Shown here: positions 1-9,781 of the stretch, one piece after another
Layout of the letters: each line of letters begins with the position of its first letter
Position numbering within the stretch: position 1 is the first letter of the stretch
Virus record (IMG/VR): IMGVR_UViG_3300020045_006226
Span: 1 to 39,245 of that record
Strand: one strand, 5' to 3'
Source of the DNA: a virus
Lineage: Duplodnaviria; Caudoviricetes
Length of the DNA: 39,245 bases
Notes under the pieces: model-generated
The model's database searches: none
The model's input: only the letters and a program-made list of their open reading frames with translations
Told to the model about the DNA's origin: nothing
Program-made: the position numbers and the translations under genes

Positions 1-121
1 ACCATAAGTATAAAAGATTTAGATATTCAACTTAGAACGGCATCGAGTGGAAATATTAGCGCATCGATACGTTATATTAAAACAATAGAGAATGTAGATA
101 ATAGCAACCCTATATCTTTAG
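1..121. repeat. Terminal direct repeat, identical to 39125-39245 (circular assembly overlap)
   Basis: ACCATAAGTATAAAAG...CCCTATATCTTTAG occurs at both ends; unit genome length 39124 bp. Confidence 0.97.
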
Positions 122-1881
122 CCTTATACTCTGCAACAGGAGGTAATATGGATATAACGCAAGATTTCTTGGTAAATATTGGCGATATGCAAAGGGGAGA
201 AAAATTATTTCTATACCTACAAGCTAGTACGAACGGGAACAGTATCGCAACGATAAACAAAGCGAATATAACCATAACTTCTCAATCAACAGCCTACAAC
301 TCAATTGTGCCGTGTTTTCATGCTATAGATGCTTTAAATCAAATATCAAAATCAATAGCTGGTTTAGATGTTTATGCACCAAGATATGAGCAAGGCGGGG
401 ATTTGTACGGCACGGTAATAACGAACGGGAATCTATTAAGAAACGTTTTAGATAAGCCTTTTTACGTAAGCTGGGACGATATTTTTGATAAGTCAATTGC
501 CCCAGAGGTAAAAGCAGATTCTGAAATTCAAATTGATAAACGTGTTTTTATTGGAATTGAAAAAGATTTTTATACAAATGTAGAGTGTGGCGTATTTCCA
601 AATACTCAGTTTTCTGGAATGCTTAGGAAGCCGAATTTATTCTATTGTTTAAATAATTTTAATTATAAGTATGAAAATTTTCAATCTTTAAAAGAAAACA
701 CAGAACCTAATTCAGACAGTACAATTCATGGTCAAAGTATTTTTACTCCTTACAATCAAAATGTTGAAAGTTCCTTGGAATTATCTATTAAATGGATTCG
801 TGACAGTATTTTGCTTGATGTACAGCAAAGATTATCAACCGTTGTAAGCAAAGACACAGCTACTCAGGATGATGATAAGATTTTCGCTATAGACACTATC
901 GAAACAGAAAACGACGAAAAGTTTACTGAAAGCACAAATTTACAGCATACATACGCAAATTCTGTTTTATCATTAAGAAACAATGGAGAGGTTAATTTTA
1001 ATGTTTTAGGAATTAAGGCGGGAACAGTTTTTAATGTTAATTATCCTGATTCAAACAATGGTGACTATACTGTTTTGACGGCAAACAACACTGAATTACA
1101 GTTACAAAGAATATCCGGGGGGTCTATTTCTGCATCAAATGACGGGGTAAGATTAACGAAATATACCTACGAAATTAAAAAAGAAACAATTCCGTTAACC
1201 AACCGAACAAATCAGGGTTTTGATGTGGTTTTAAATCTTATTTCGCCTGATAAATACAGTAACCTGCGTTACTCAGTAGAAAGAAATATTCGTAATTTTT
1301 ACAACAATTACCTTGCATCCGTAAATTTATATTGGTGGCAAAAAGCACTTAAAAACACTTTTTACAAAAATAACGGAGCGTGCGAAACTTTGTACAACGG
1401 ATTACGGGTTATTGAAAAAGAAGATTGGATTCCTACAAATCCGATTGTCACGCCATACATGTATGAAAAAGTTATTTTTGCAAACGTAGATTTCAGTAAA
1501 TTCATTGCACTTCAGAATCAAATACGTACACGAAGGGGATTTATTCGCACGATTGATAACAATAAGCGAGTATTGAAATTGTATCCTATAAAAATGAGTT
1601 ATGAAAATAAAACACGACAATTAACCATTTCAGGACAAGAAAAATACGAACCGGTTTATATGACAATTACTAAGCAAGGCGGAATTATAACCATAAATGA
1701 AGAAACAAAAGTCAGAAGTTTAGTTTATGATCCGATTACGCTCGAAAGAGATAATCAAGTGGTTCTGTTTGACACCAGCAGGCAAAAACTTTACAACGGT
1801 GTTTATTGGGATAAAGTTAGTGTAAATGGGGCAATTCCAGAAACAAAAGAAATATTAAAAAGTTGGTTAGACTTATTATAA
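1..1881 (+). CDS. 3' part of an ~848 aa tail-tip/structural protein that starts at 38459 and spans the circular junction
   Basis: Frame is open from base 1 to TAA at 1879-1881 and in phase with ATG 38459 (666 nt to the junction); lies directly after the tape measure gene. Confidence 0.85.
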   Translation, partial: TISIKDLDIQLRTASSGNISASIRYIKTIENVDNSNPISLALYSATGGNMDITQDFLVNIGDMQRGEKLFLYLQASTNGNSIATINKANITITSQSTAYNSIVPCFHAIDALNQISKSIAGLDVYAPRYEQGGDLYGTVITNGNLLRNVLDKPFYVSWDDIFDKSIAPEVKADSEIQIDKRVFIGIEKDFYTNVECGVFPNTQFSGMLRKPNLFYCLNNFNYKYENFQSLKENTEPNSDSTIHGQSIFTPYNQNVESSLELSIKWIRDSILLDVQQRLSTVVSKDTATQDDDKIFAIDTIETENDEKFTESTNLQHTYANSVLSLRNNGEVNFNVLGIKAGTVFNVNYPDSNNGDYTVLTANNTELQLQRISGGSISASNDGVRLTKYTYEIKKETIPLTNRTNQGFDVVLNLISPDKYSNLRYSVERNIRNFYNNYLASVNLYWWQKALKNTFYKNNGACETLYNGLRVIEKEDWIPTNPIVTPYMYEKVIFANVDFSKFIALQNQIRTRRGFIRTIDNNKRVLKLYPIKMSYENKTRQLTISGQEKYEPVYMTITKQGGIITINEETKVRSLVYDPITLERDNQVVLFDTSRQKLYNGVYWDKVSVNGAIPETKEILKSWLDLL

Positions 1882-1888
1882 AAAGTTG

Positions 1889-1896
1889 TATATTTG
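1889..1896 (+). promoter_or_regulatory. Bacteroidota sigma70 -7 element (TATATTTG) for the accessory cluster
   Basis: Matches TAnnTTTG in intergenic DNA upstream of a structured leader. Confidence 0.7.
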
Positions 1897-1900
1897 CTTT

Positions 1901-1962
1901 TCGCTACAACTAAAAATATTTAAAACGTCATTCTTTGTAGCGAGGGGTGGCGTTTTTATTTT
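1901..1962 (+). promoter_or_regulatory. Structured leader/attenuator 1
   Basis: TCGCTACAA (1901-1909) is complementary to TTGTAGCGA (1935-1943), which caps the stem 1922-1935/1943-1956 followed by a T tract. Confidence 0.7.
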
Positions 1963-1973
1963 ATACATGAATT

Positions 1974-2291
1974 ATGAACGAACTTTTAAAATACGTTTTT
2001 GAAAACAATAATTTGATTACTCATGTAATTTTCGGCAGAAATGGACAAATAAGCATTAAAAGACAGGGTGATGATTTTTATATGTATTTTGATAACGTGG
2101 AAAATCTTATCGAATATGTAAAAAGAAATTCAATGTCTTTAAAACAATTTGAATTAGAGGTTGTTGCTGAATTAAAGAAATATCCATATCTAAAATGGCA
2201 TAATAAAGAAACGGCTAAATTAGTTAAAAAACTCTTTAAAGACGGACTTTCGGTAAAAGAAACAGTTAATTGGGTAATTTTAAATAACTAA
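1974..2291 (+). CDS. Hypothetical protein (accessory cluster)
   Basis: 105 aa ORF with ATTATG start context. Confidence 0.7.
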   Translation: MNELLKYVFENNNLITHVIFGRNGQISIKRQGDDFYMYFDNVENLIEYVKRNSMSLKQFELEVVAELKKYPYLKWHNKETAKLVKKLFKDGLSVKETVNWVILNN

Positions 2292-2294
2292 TCA

Positions 2295-2516
2295 ATGAAA
2301 AGAATAAAACGATTATTAGAAAACATAGATTCCTTAATGGCTTTGCATCATTGGGAACGATATAGCTTAGTGATTTCTAACCAAAAAATAGGTTTAAAGC
2401 TAACTCCTGTAAAAGATAGTGATTCGGAAATGAATTGGATTATCGATAAAAATAAAGAAAGTATTAACGATTTAAACTTTCAGTTAGAACAAATGATTAG
2501 TAACGGAGAATATTAA
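2295..2516 (+). CDS. Hypothetical protein (accessory cluster)
   Basis: 73 aa ORF, tightly packed. Confidence 0.7.
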   Translation: MKRIKRLLENIDSLMALHHWERYSLVISNQKIGLKLTPVKDSDSEMNWIIDKNKESINDLNFQLEQMISNGEY

Positions 2517-2530
2517 ACAAACAACACGCT

Positions 2531-2746
2531 ATGAAACCAACACTAAACGAAGAAATAGAAATGAGTAGCAAAGGAATTGATTATGTTGATTCGCTTGTGC
2601 CAAAGGATAAAAACGTTATTCAAGCCGCAATAAATCAAGTAAAAGACTCAAAATATAATCCTAATTATGTAAAATATCACGATGGAGAAAAATGGGTAGA
2701 AATAACATCGTTAAAACAACAACAAAAACAAGCTAAAGAACAGTAG
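2531..2746 (+). CDS. Hypothetical protein (accessory cluster)
   Basis: 71 aa ORF, tightly packed. Confidence 0.7.
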   Translation: MKPTLNEEIEMSSKGIDYVDSLVPKDKNVIQAAINQVKDSKYNPNYVKYHDGEKWVEITSLKQQQKQAKEQ

Positions 2747-2747
2747 T

Positions 2748-2963
2748 ATGGAATTGATACAAAGCGATTCAACAATAGAAACCTACTGGGTTGTAAATAA
2801 ATCTACTGGCGATTTATTATTAATTACTGGTTCAAAAGACAAAATACCATTTGGATATGAAGTAAGCAGTAAATTATGCAATCATAGTTTTAATTCTGTT
2901 CCAATAGACAAATTTAATCCAGAAGCATTAACCGAATGTGTTAAATGCAAGTACAAGCCGTAA
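2748..2963 (+). CDS. Hypothetical protein with a C-x-H...C-x-x-C motif
   Basis: 71 aa ORF containing CNH and CVKC. Confidence 0.65.
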   Translation: MELIQSDSTIETYWVVNKSTGDLLLITGSKDKIPFGYEVSSKLCNHSFNSVPIDKFNPEALTECVKCKYKP

Positions 2964-2976
2964 CTAAATTTTAAAC

Positions 2977-3002
2977 CTACACACATCATGTAGCTTTTTT
3001 TT
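2977..3002 (+). terminator. Weak intrinsic terminator closing the accessory cluster
   Basis: CTACA-7 nt-TGTAG hairpin followed by a T run. Confidence 0.4.
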
Positions 3003-3047
3003 ATATCTTTACGATTCAAAGCAACGTTGTGAAACAGGGGTAAATAT

Positions 3048-3875
3048 ATGGTGAATCCAGTAATAAACATTTTTCGCACATTGTCAGAGGCAATGTATTT
3101 TAAAAACTCCCAGATAAACACACAATTTATCTTTTCGGGAGTTCAATTGTTGCCTAATAATTCACAAAAATATATACAAGTTACAAACACACCAAACGGG
3201 ATTAATTTAGAGGATTGGACTGTCAAAGCAGTTTCTGTTTGTTCAAATGAAGAATTAGGCGATATTACCGATAATTTCATGGTAGAATCATTGACTAATT
3301 CAGATAATGGTAATCCGCAGTTTGTTTGGTCACTCACTAATATTTCTCAGGATTTCGGATGGGAATTGATTTACTTAAAAATTACTCAAGCAGTAGGAGA
3401 AATATTTTACAGCCAACCATTCCGAATCACTTCTATCGATTCAGAAAAAACAGCACAATTCAATTATAAATTCCGAGAAACAGACGAGATGCAATCAATC
3501 GGTTTTACTGCATGGTATAATGATGAAGATTTACTACAAGAGCAGGTAACTTACTATGAAGAATCAACGCAAAGCTGGGTAACTGCATCAATGGAACAAG
3601 GAGAGGCAGAGCATTGGAGAACTGAATTAATGGATAAGTCATTACTTATTAAGCTTAAGAAAATACTTGGTTTACCTTTTGTTTACATTAATGGAGTTCG
3701 GGCAAGCTTAAAAGAAGTTCCTGAAATTCCAGAAAAAACAGCACAGGAAAATTTCGCAGAGATGAGCTTTACCATTAATTTTCATACTAATGATGTTTTT
3801 GTGCAACCAGAACCAAGTAAAGGAGATTTTAAATCAAGTGATTGGAAAACAGAAGATTGGTTTATTTATACATAA
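3048..3875 (+). CDS. Putative tail structural protein
   Basis: 275 aa acidic ORF between tail-tip and tail-collar genes; called from synteny. Confidence 0.6.
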   Translation: MVNPVINIFRTLSEAMYFKNSQINTQFIFSGVQLLPNNSQKYIQVTNTPNGINLEDWTVKAVSVCSNEELGDITDNFMVESLTNSDNGNPQFVWSLTNISQDFGWELIYLKITQAVGEIFYSQPFRITSIDSEKTAQFNYKFRETDEMQSIGFTAWYNDEDLLQEQVTYYEESTQSWVTASMEQGEAEHWRTELMDKSLLIKLKKILGLPFVYINGVRASLKEVPEIPEKTAQENFAEMSFTINFHTNDVFVQPEPSKGDFKSSDWKTEDWFIYT

Positions 3876-3882
3876 AAACATC

Positions 3883-4386
3883 ATGAACAGAGAAGAATTA
3901 CAAACGTTAATAGAGACAATTCAGGACGGAGTGCCTAATACAGCGGCAACAGTAAGGGGTGTTTTGTCGGCAATTGCTGATGGATTATCGGGAACAATAA
4001 AAATAATTGAAGTGCCAACTTCTTATATAGCCACTAATTTCGACCCGACAGGATTAGGAACTAATTTAGAATTAGGTTACGCTATTTGCAACGGAAACAA
4101 CGGTACACGAGATTGGAGAGGTAGAGTACCTATGCAGTACAGTACGACATATCCAACTTTGGGCGCAACAGGAGGGGAAGCAACTCATGTTTTAACAACT
4201 AACGAAATACCTTCGCTAAATGTGCCTTTCACAGGGTCAAATGCAGATAATGGCGATCCCGGGACATATATAATTACCGCTTCTACTCAGTCGAACGGCG
4301 CAAAAAGTATAACGGCAACAGGTGGCGGACAAGCACATAATAACATGCAGCCTTATATTGTCACATTAATTTTGATGAAATTATAA
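3883..4386 (+). CDS. Tail collar domain protein
   Basis: YAICNGNNGTRDWRGR, GATGGEATHVLTTNEIPS and GGGQAHNNMQPY motifs; ATG 3883 avoids overlap with the upstream gene. Confidence 0.8.
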   Translation: MNREELQTLIETIQDGVPNTAATVRGVLSAIADGLSGTIKIIEVPTSYIATNFDPTGLGTNLELGYAICNGNNGTRDWRGRVPMQYSTTYPTLGATGGEATHVLTTNEIPSLNVPFTGSNADNGDPGTYIITASTQSNGAKSITATGGGQAHNNMQPYIVTLILMKL

Positions 4387-4387
4387 A

Positions 4388-5104
4388 ATGGCAAATTTAC
4401 TCACTATAACAAAAAAACCTCACGGATTTTACGACTTCGTTGTTAATGAAAATTTAGCAGACATTGTAACGAATGACATGAATAGATTTATGGGGGTTGG
4501 TTATTTTTGCCACTTCAAAACAGTTACAGGCGCAAATGTTATAAAAGAGCAAAACATCACATTCGGAAATATAACGTTAATTGATGGATCACCATTAGCC
4601 ACGGCTTCATCAATGGACGATCTAATAAACAAATTAGAATCTATTGGTTTTTTTGATTGGCGAGACATTGGTAGTGGTACAGGGGGGATTGACAGGTACG
4701 AGGAATTAATAGATACAGAGCCATTTTTCGGAAATGATGGCAAAGTGCCTATTGTTGACGAGGCAGAAATGAAATTGAAATATACTTCGTTGCCTGATAC
4801 ATCTAAATTAGATCAATTTCCGGCTAACGGTATTTTAGGGAAAATGCTTATCGGGAACGCTTCCGGAGGCTACGATTTAATTGACCCGCCGGCAGGAGCA
4901 AATGGATATGTTCAAGCGTTTACATACGCCTCACCGGATACACAAGAATTTACATTAGCCACAACAGCAAGTTTAATTTCTGTTGTAATTAACGGAGGTT
5001 TAGCGGATCCTGACGACTGGACACAAATAGGAAATCTATTAACAATTTTACCTACATACACATTAAACAACGATGATAGAATTATCGTTACAGGAGTAAT
5101 ATAA
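4388..5104 (+). CDS. Putative tail fibre-associated structural protein
   Basis: 238 aa ORF coupled between the collar and spike genes. Confidence 0.55.
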   Translation: MANLLTITKKPHGFYDFVVNENLADIVTNDMNRFMGVGYFCHFKTVTGANVIKEQNITFGNITLIDGSPLATASSMDDLINKLESIGFFDWRDIGSGTGGIDRYEELIDTEPFFGNDGKVPIVDEAEMKLKYTSLPDTSKLDQFPANGILGKMLIGNASGGYDLIDPPAGANGYVQAFTYASPDTQEFTLATTASLISVVINGGLADPDDWTQIGNLLTILPTYTLNNDDRIIVTGVI

Positions 5105-5114
5105 AACAAACTAT

Positions 5115-8100
5115 ATGAAAAAATACATTTTAATATTATTATTTTTTACAAGCTTTTTACAATCGCAAACATACCCTGTTAATCCGACGCCTTTTGGAAA
5201 GATTACTATTAATACAAACGTAGAGAGCACAACTGCCACGAAGATAAGCGTACAAGAGGACAATAATAGAATTAATTGGTTAAGACCTGAAAATATACCA
5301 ATTTCACAGCCTCCACATCCAATTAACTATTCGATTACGCTACCAACCTTAGGCGCTCATTTAATAGGAATTGATACCCGCTTAGGCACTATTGTACAAA
5401 CCACAGCAGGAACAACAGCGAGAGTATATTTTACAGGGGATAATACAACGGTTAATTCTGTAGTTTATTTTGCTTCAAGTTTAACAGGCAAAGGTTCAGT
5501 CGCTTCGGTAAGTCCAACCGCTTTAGTTAATGGAGATAATCAAAAACAATATTATACTAAAGATATAATAGGTGTTTCGCAACCATCAGTTGCAATAGCT
5601 GCAGCAGGAACTTATTCAGGTCAATTATCTGTAATGGTCGATAGCGATGTTGCGCAAGAAAGATATACCGTTGAAATTTATAAAACAAACAGCTTAGGTG
5701 CGCCTATTGCTTCAGGAATAAGCGGAGCGCCTACAGGATCATTAGGCGTTACAGTTGTTGCAATATTGGATTCGGGTATAATCGATTTAACAGCTAATTC
5801 ACTAACCAATATATCTGTTTCTGGATTGTTAGCCTCACAATTAACAATAAACACAGGGGAAAGACTGCGTTATCATGTTTCTGCTGAAAAAGTAGGTACA
5901 GCGGGTGCAAATGTTACTTTTAATGTTTATTACGGAAGCAATCATAGTTCTTATTACGATGTTCCAATAACACCAACAACAGACACGGTTTTAAATAAAA
6001 GTGCGGTTACGGGAATTACTTCCACTGACGCTTTAAACGCTTTAAATACTAACAAAGAAAACACCGCCAACAAACAAAACTCTCTTGCTGTTGACGGAAC
6101 AGGCGTTAAATTTCCAACTGTTGACGCAATAAATAATGGGGTTATTTACAAGCGTACTATCGCTCAAATAAGAGCTTTGTCAGGGGCTTTACCAAACAAT
6201 AATTTTTACACAACTGATTTAGGACAAGAAGGTAATTGGTATTATGACGCTTCGGACGTCGTTAGTACAGATAACACAGGAACTATTTTAGTGACTGCTG
6301 ACGGCAAGAGGGTTAAAAGGGTTAAAGAAGAAGTAGAAGAGCTTAAATCTTCTTGGTTTGAAACACCCAACGGATCAACAGATTTAGCTTTGTTTAATAA
6401 AATTTTGACAGCAACCACTAAAAAGCTGATAATTGATAAAGGAACATTTAACCTACAAGCTTCCACAGTTTCAATACCTTCAGGAAAAATATTAGTTATG
6501 AAAGGCGGTTTTATTATAAATACGGTTATAAACGGCAGTAACACTTTAATAGAGTGCGATATCGACTATGAGCCTATAAACGCACTTTTTACAGGTACTT
6601 TTTCACCAAGTAGTAAAGTTTTTTACTATAAAACTATGCAAGATGCAAAATTAAAAAAACAATGGTGCGGTAAAAGAATAAAGACTGGGGGATTTTGGTA
6701 TGAAAATGATGGAGGAGGAGCTACATACACTATAATTTCAAAAGACGAAGGTATAGCCGATAATTCATTCTTTCAGGGATATTGGGCGGATACAGATATT
6801 GCGGGAGGTGCTGGTCTATTCGTTAAATTTACCAGTTTTATTTTTGCAAAATATACAGGAAAGACCAACGATATTGATTTAGCCGTTTTTGGGGTAAAGT
6901 ATGACGCTTTTTTTCTGAATCCTGCAGATAAAAAATATTACACAACAGCATCCTACACAACTCTCGCTACCGACAATTACGAAGCAGTAAGAGGGGCAAT
7001 AGGGCAACTGGCGTTTTGGTCAAAAGAACAATTAAGCAGAAATCTTATATTGTCTAGAACTTTAATTATTAATACAAAGTTAACGCTAAAACACGGAGGT
7101 TACAACTTCTCATTAAAAGGTGGAGGTTATGGGGAAAATTCTATTATTTCATCAAATTCTAACTTGGACGCATTGATTGAGAACTATTATTCTGATGCTG
7201 CTCCAAACGACTTAACTGGATTAACGGCTACCTTTTCTGACATTGCTTTTAAAGGCAATGGTAGAATAGCTAATGGAATGGTTGTTAAAAATGGATATGA
7301 AGTTGATGCGTTAGATAGATTAGAGTTTCATGACTTTACCAATGCTGGATTAGTTTTTTACGGAGTGAGTTCTACTTTTAAGGTTGGTACCGTATCTTGT
7401 TTTAGAAATAAATACGGAATCTTAATCACAAGTACTCATCCTTATAGATTATCTGCGAATACGAGCAATTCTGATGGGTTAATATCCCTTTACCGAGTTA
7501 GTGGGGATTTTAACACCGATGCTTTGATATCTATAGATTGCACTTCTTTAGGCACATCATTAAACATTCAATCTGTAAAATCAGAAAATAATAACAATGC
7601 TACTATTTTAATAAAAAGAAGTTCGGTTCAACAGTATATAAGCGTCAGAAATGCTTTTACTAATGGCGATGGTGATTTTCTTAAAATAGAAAATTATGTT
7701 GGCGAACTTCCTACAATTGAATTAGAAGGTATTTTTCATAATGATACAGACGCAGATAATTGGGACATAAACGATTTGAAAAACTCAAAACAAATAAGGT
7801 TATTTAAGAATCCTACAGGAGCTTTTCCACACATAATTTATACCAACGACATCAGAGCCTATGAAAATGGACATATTGTCTACAGAAATGGTAATAAAAG
7901 CAATTTAGAACCAACTAGAAGTTTTGGAACTACGGCAGATAGACCTGCAAATGTTATAATTGGGTATAAATACTATGATACTACGATTTCCAGAGAAGTT
8001 GTATGGAATGGTACTTCTTGGGTAGATATTTTTAGCTCTCCAAGTTTTACCGGGACGACAAGTCTTGGCACGTTTACAGTAGGGACTTTGCCAACACCTA

Positions 8101-8225
8101 CAACGCCTACTGCATACGCCACAGTAACTAATGCATTAGCACCAACATATATGGCAACTGTAGTAGGTGGAGGATCAGTTGTTTGTCCAGTTTTTTTTGA
8201 TGGCGTTTCTTGGAAGGCACATTGA
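5115..8225 (+). CDS. Large tailspike/receptor-binding-like protein (beta-helix-type region) with an N-terminal signal-peptide-like segment
   Basis: 1036 aa; tailspike-type motifs DNTGTILVTADGKRVKR and GFWYENDGGGATY; N/S/G/I-rich central region; starts MKKYILILLFFTSFLQSQ. Confidence 0.7.
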   Translation: MKKYILILLFFTSFLQSQTYPVNPTPFGKITINTNVESTTATKISVQEDNNRINWLRPENIPISQPPHPINYSITLPTLGAHLIGIDTRLGTIVQTTAGTTARVYFTGDNTTVNSVVYFASSLTGKGSVASVSPTALVNGDNQKQYYTKDIIGVSQPSVAIAAAGTYSGQLSVMVDSDVAQERYTVEIYKTNSLGAPIASGISGAPTGSLGVTVVAILDSGIIDLTANSLTNISVSGLLASQLTINTGERLRYHVSAEKVGTAGANVTFNVYYGSNHSSYYDVPITPTTDTVLNKSAVTGITSTDALNALNTNKENTANKQNSLAVDGTGVKFPTVDAINNGVIYKRTIAQIRALSGALPNNNFYTTDLGQEGNWYYDASDVVSTDNTGTILVTADGKRVKRVKEEVEELKSSWFETPNGSTDLALFNKILTATTKKLIIDKGTFNLQASTVSIPSGKILVMKGGFIINTVINGSNTLIECDIDYEPINALFTGTFSPSSKVFYYKTMQDAKLKKQWCGKRIKTGGFWYENDGGGATYTIISKDEGIADNSFFQGYWADTDIAGGAGLFVKFTSFIFAKYTGKTNDIDLAVFGVKYDAFFLNPADKKYYTTASYTTLATDNYEAVRGAIGQLAFWSKEQLSRNLILSRTLIINTKLTLKHGGYNFSLKGGGYGENSIISSNSNLDALIENYYSDAAPNDLTGLTATFSDIAFKGNGRIANGMVVKNGYEVDALDRLEFHDFTNAGLVFYGVSSTFKVGTVSCFRNKYGILITSTHPYRLSANTSNSDGLISLYRVSGDFNTDALISIDCTSLGTSLNIQSVKSENNNNATILIKRSSVQQYISVRNAFTNGDGDFLKIENYVGELPTIELEGIFHNDTDADNWDINDLKNSKQIRLFKNPTGAFPHIIYTNDIRAYENGHIVYRNGNKSNLEPTRSFGTTADRPANVIIGYKYYDTTISREVVWNGTSWVDIFSSPSFTGTTSLGTFTVGTLPTPTTPTAYATVTNALAPTYMATVVGGGSVVCPVFFDGVSWKAH

Positions 8226-8330
8226 TGTTTAGAATGTCATAAACAAATAGGATGGTCGCCTTCTAAAAACAAATTAAACGGTACGAATTGGGTTGCGCAT
8301 TAATTTTAATAACTAAATAAATATAAAAAA

Positions 8331-8597
8331 ATGGAAAAATTATCAGATAATATTAAATCAATTTTGGCAATTATAATTGTCTTTTTCGGATTCGGTTATT
8401 TCTATTTAGTCGCTTTTTTCGGGGTCTATAACGATCAGATAACTATCGCTATAGTAGGCGTTTTAGGTGTTGTTATCGGGTATTATTTCGGATCAAGTCA
8501 AGGAAGTGCCAAAAAGCAAGATACTATTGATGCGATGCAGAATCAAACATTAGGAATAGGCGGTTCAAACCCTCCTGCAGATCCAAAAGACAAATGA
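8331..8597 (+). CDS. Holin-like membrane protein (2 TM)
   Basis: Two hydrophobic helices then YYFGSSQGS; first gene of the lysis cluster. Confidence 0.65.
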   Translation: MEKLSDNIKSILAIIIVFFGFGYFYLVAFFGVYNDQITIAIVGVLGVVIGYYFGSSQGSAKKQDTIDAMQNQTLGIGGSNPPADPKDK

Positions 8598-8944
8598 GAC
8601 TAAAGCATTTCCTATTGTTGCTGCTGATACCTTTTTCAGAAATAAAAGCCATATTCTACAATGTAGATATGGCTATTTCCGGTTATTTATTTTCTGACCA
8701 TAAAAGGCAAATATGTCTGGTGGTTGAGGATTATTGCAATATAATTATCATAGGTGTTGTTATGGGTTTTTTTGTTTTTTCTAAAAGAGACAAAATATCT
8801 ACTCAAATAGTGTTATTTTTGTTTATATTAAATGCATTGGACTTTCTGCATTTAGGACTTTACGACATGCAGGGGTTTATTATTGTTAAATTAGTATTGG
8901 CTTATGGCATATATAAATTATGGTTCAAATTAAAGCGTGGTTAG
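8594..8944 (+). CDS. Multi-pass membrane protein (lysis cluster)
   Basis: Several hydrophobic segments; ATGA-type overlap. Confidence 0.6.
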   Translation: MRLKHFLLLLLIPFSEIKAIFYNVDMAISGYLFSDHKRQICLVVEDYCNIIIIGVVMGFFVFSKRDKISTQIVLFLFILNALDFLHLGLYDMQGFIIVKLVLAYGIYKLWFKLKRG

Positions 8945-9252
8945 TCAGTCTTGACGCATTTTGGCTACTTGTTAGTGGTTATTCGTTTATAGATATTGCG
9001 TCAACATTGGTTGCCGGAAATTTAGCAATGTCCAGTTTTGAAAACTTAATAAAATTACTTCTTTCAATGGCAGGATTCGTTTATTTATGCGCCAGAACAT
9101 ACCATTTTATAATGAAATCATCTTTAGAGCGGGAATTATTAAAAGAAGACATAATCGCAAAGAGAAATGAAAATTTCCCTAAAAGATTTAAAAAAGAATT
9201 TATAGACAGATTTGAAAAAGACGAAAATGATAACAACAGCACTTGCAATTAA
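8920..9252 (+). CDS. Membrane protein, holin/antiholin candidate
   Basis: Two hydrophobic segments and a charged C-terminus, directly before the endolysin. Confidence 0.55.
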   Translation: MVQIKAWLVSLDAFWLLVSGYSFIDIASTLVAGNLAMSSFENLIKLLLSMAGFVYLCARTYHFIMKSSLERELLKEDIIAKRNENFPKRFKKEFIDRFEKDENDNNSTCN

Positions 9253-9691
9253 AAAATACGGAGTTCCTTCAGAGAACCCAAAATATTTAGTCACTTTACA
9301 ATTACCTTACCCAATGCGTTTGAGTTGGGATAAAAAAGTAAAAGTTGCTAAAATAACATGTCATAAATTAGTAGCTGATAATTTTGAATTAATATTCAAA
9401 GAAATACTTAATTATTACGGATACGAAAAAATAGTAGATTTAGGAATTGACTTATATGGAGGTTGTTTTAATTTCCGTAAAATGCGTGGAGGGTCTGACT
9501 ATAGCCGTCATAGTTGGGGAATTGCAATAGATTTAGACCCTGAACGTAATTTATTAAAAGAAACATCTAAAACTGCAAGATTTGCAAGACCTGAATATAA
9601 GCCAATGATTGATATTTTTTATAAATATGGTTTCGTTTCCTTGGGCGTTGAAAAAAATTATGACTGGATGCATTTTGAAATTAAAGAATAA
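9227..9691 (+). CDS. Endolysin, peptidase M15 family
   Basis: [13 protein letters not shown] (SxHxxGxAxD) and DWMHFE zinc-peptidase motifs; ATG 9227 preferred to TTG 9212. Confidence 0.9.
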   Translation: MITTALAIKKYGVPSENPKYLVTLQLPYPMRLSWDKKVKVAKITCHKLVADNFELIFKEILNYYGYEKIVDLGIDLYGGCFNFRKMRGGSDYSRHSWGIAIDLDPERNLLKETSKTARFARPEYKPMIDIFYKYGFVSLGVEKNYDWMHFEIKE

Positions 9692-9781
9692 TACTTCGAG
9701 ATTATATATAAATCAAGAAGAATCAATAAACAGGGAGATTTAAAACATTTATCCCTATTTTAATCATTAAAAATCAATAGT

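Noticed and set aside
1-121. End repeat as a biological terminal repeat
   Set aside because: It lies mid-gene and its length fits an assembler k-mer overlap
5115-8225. Diversity-generating retroelement or invertible tail-fibre system
   Set aside because: No reverse transcriptase, invertase or template repeat was seen
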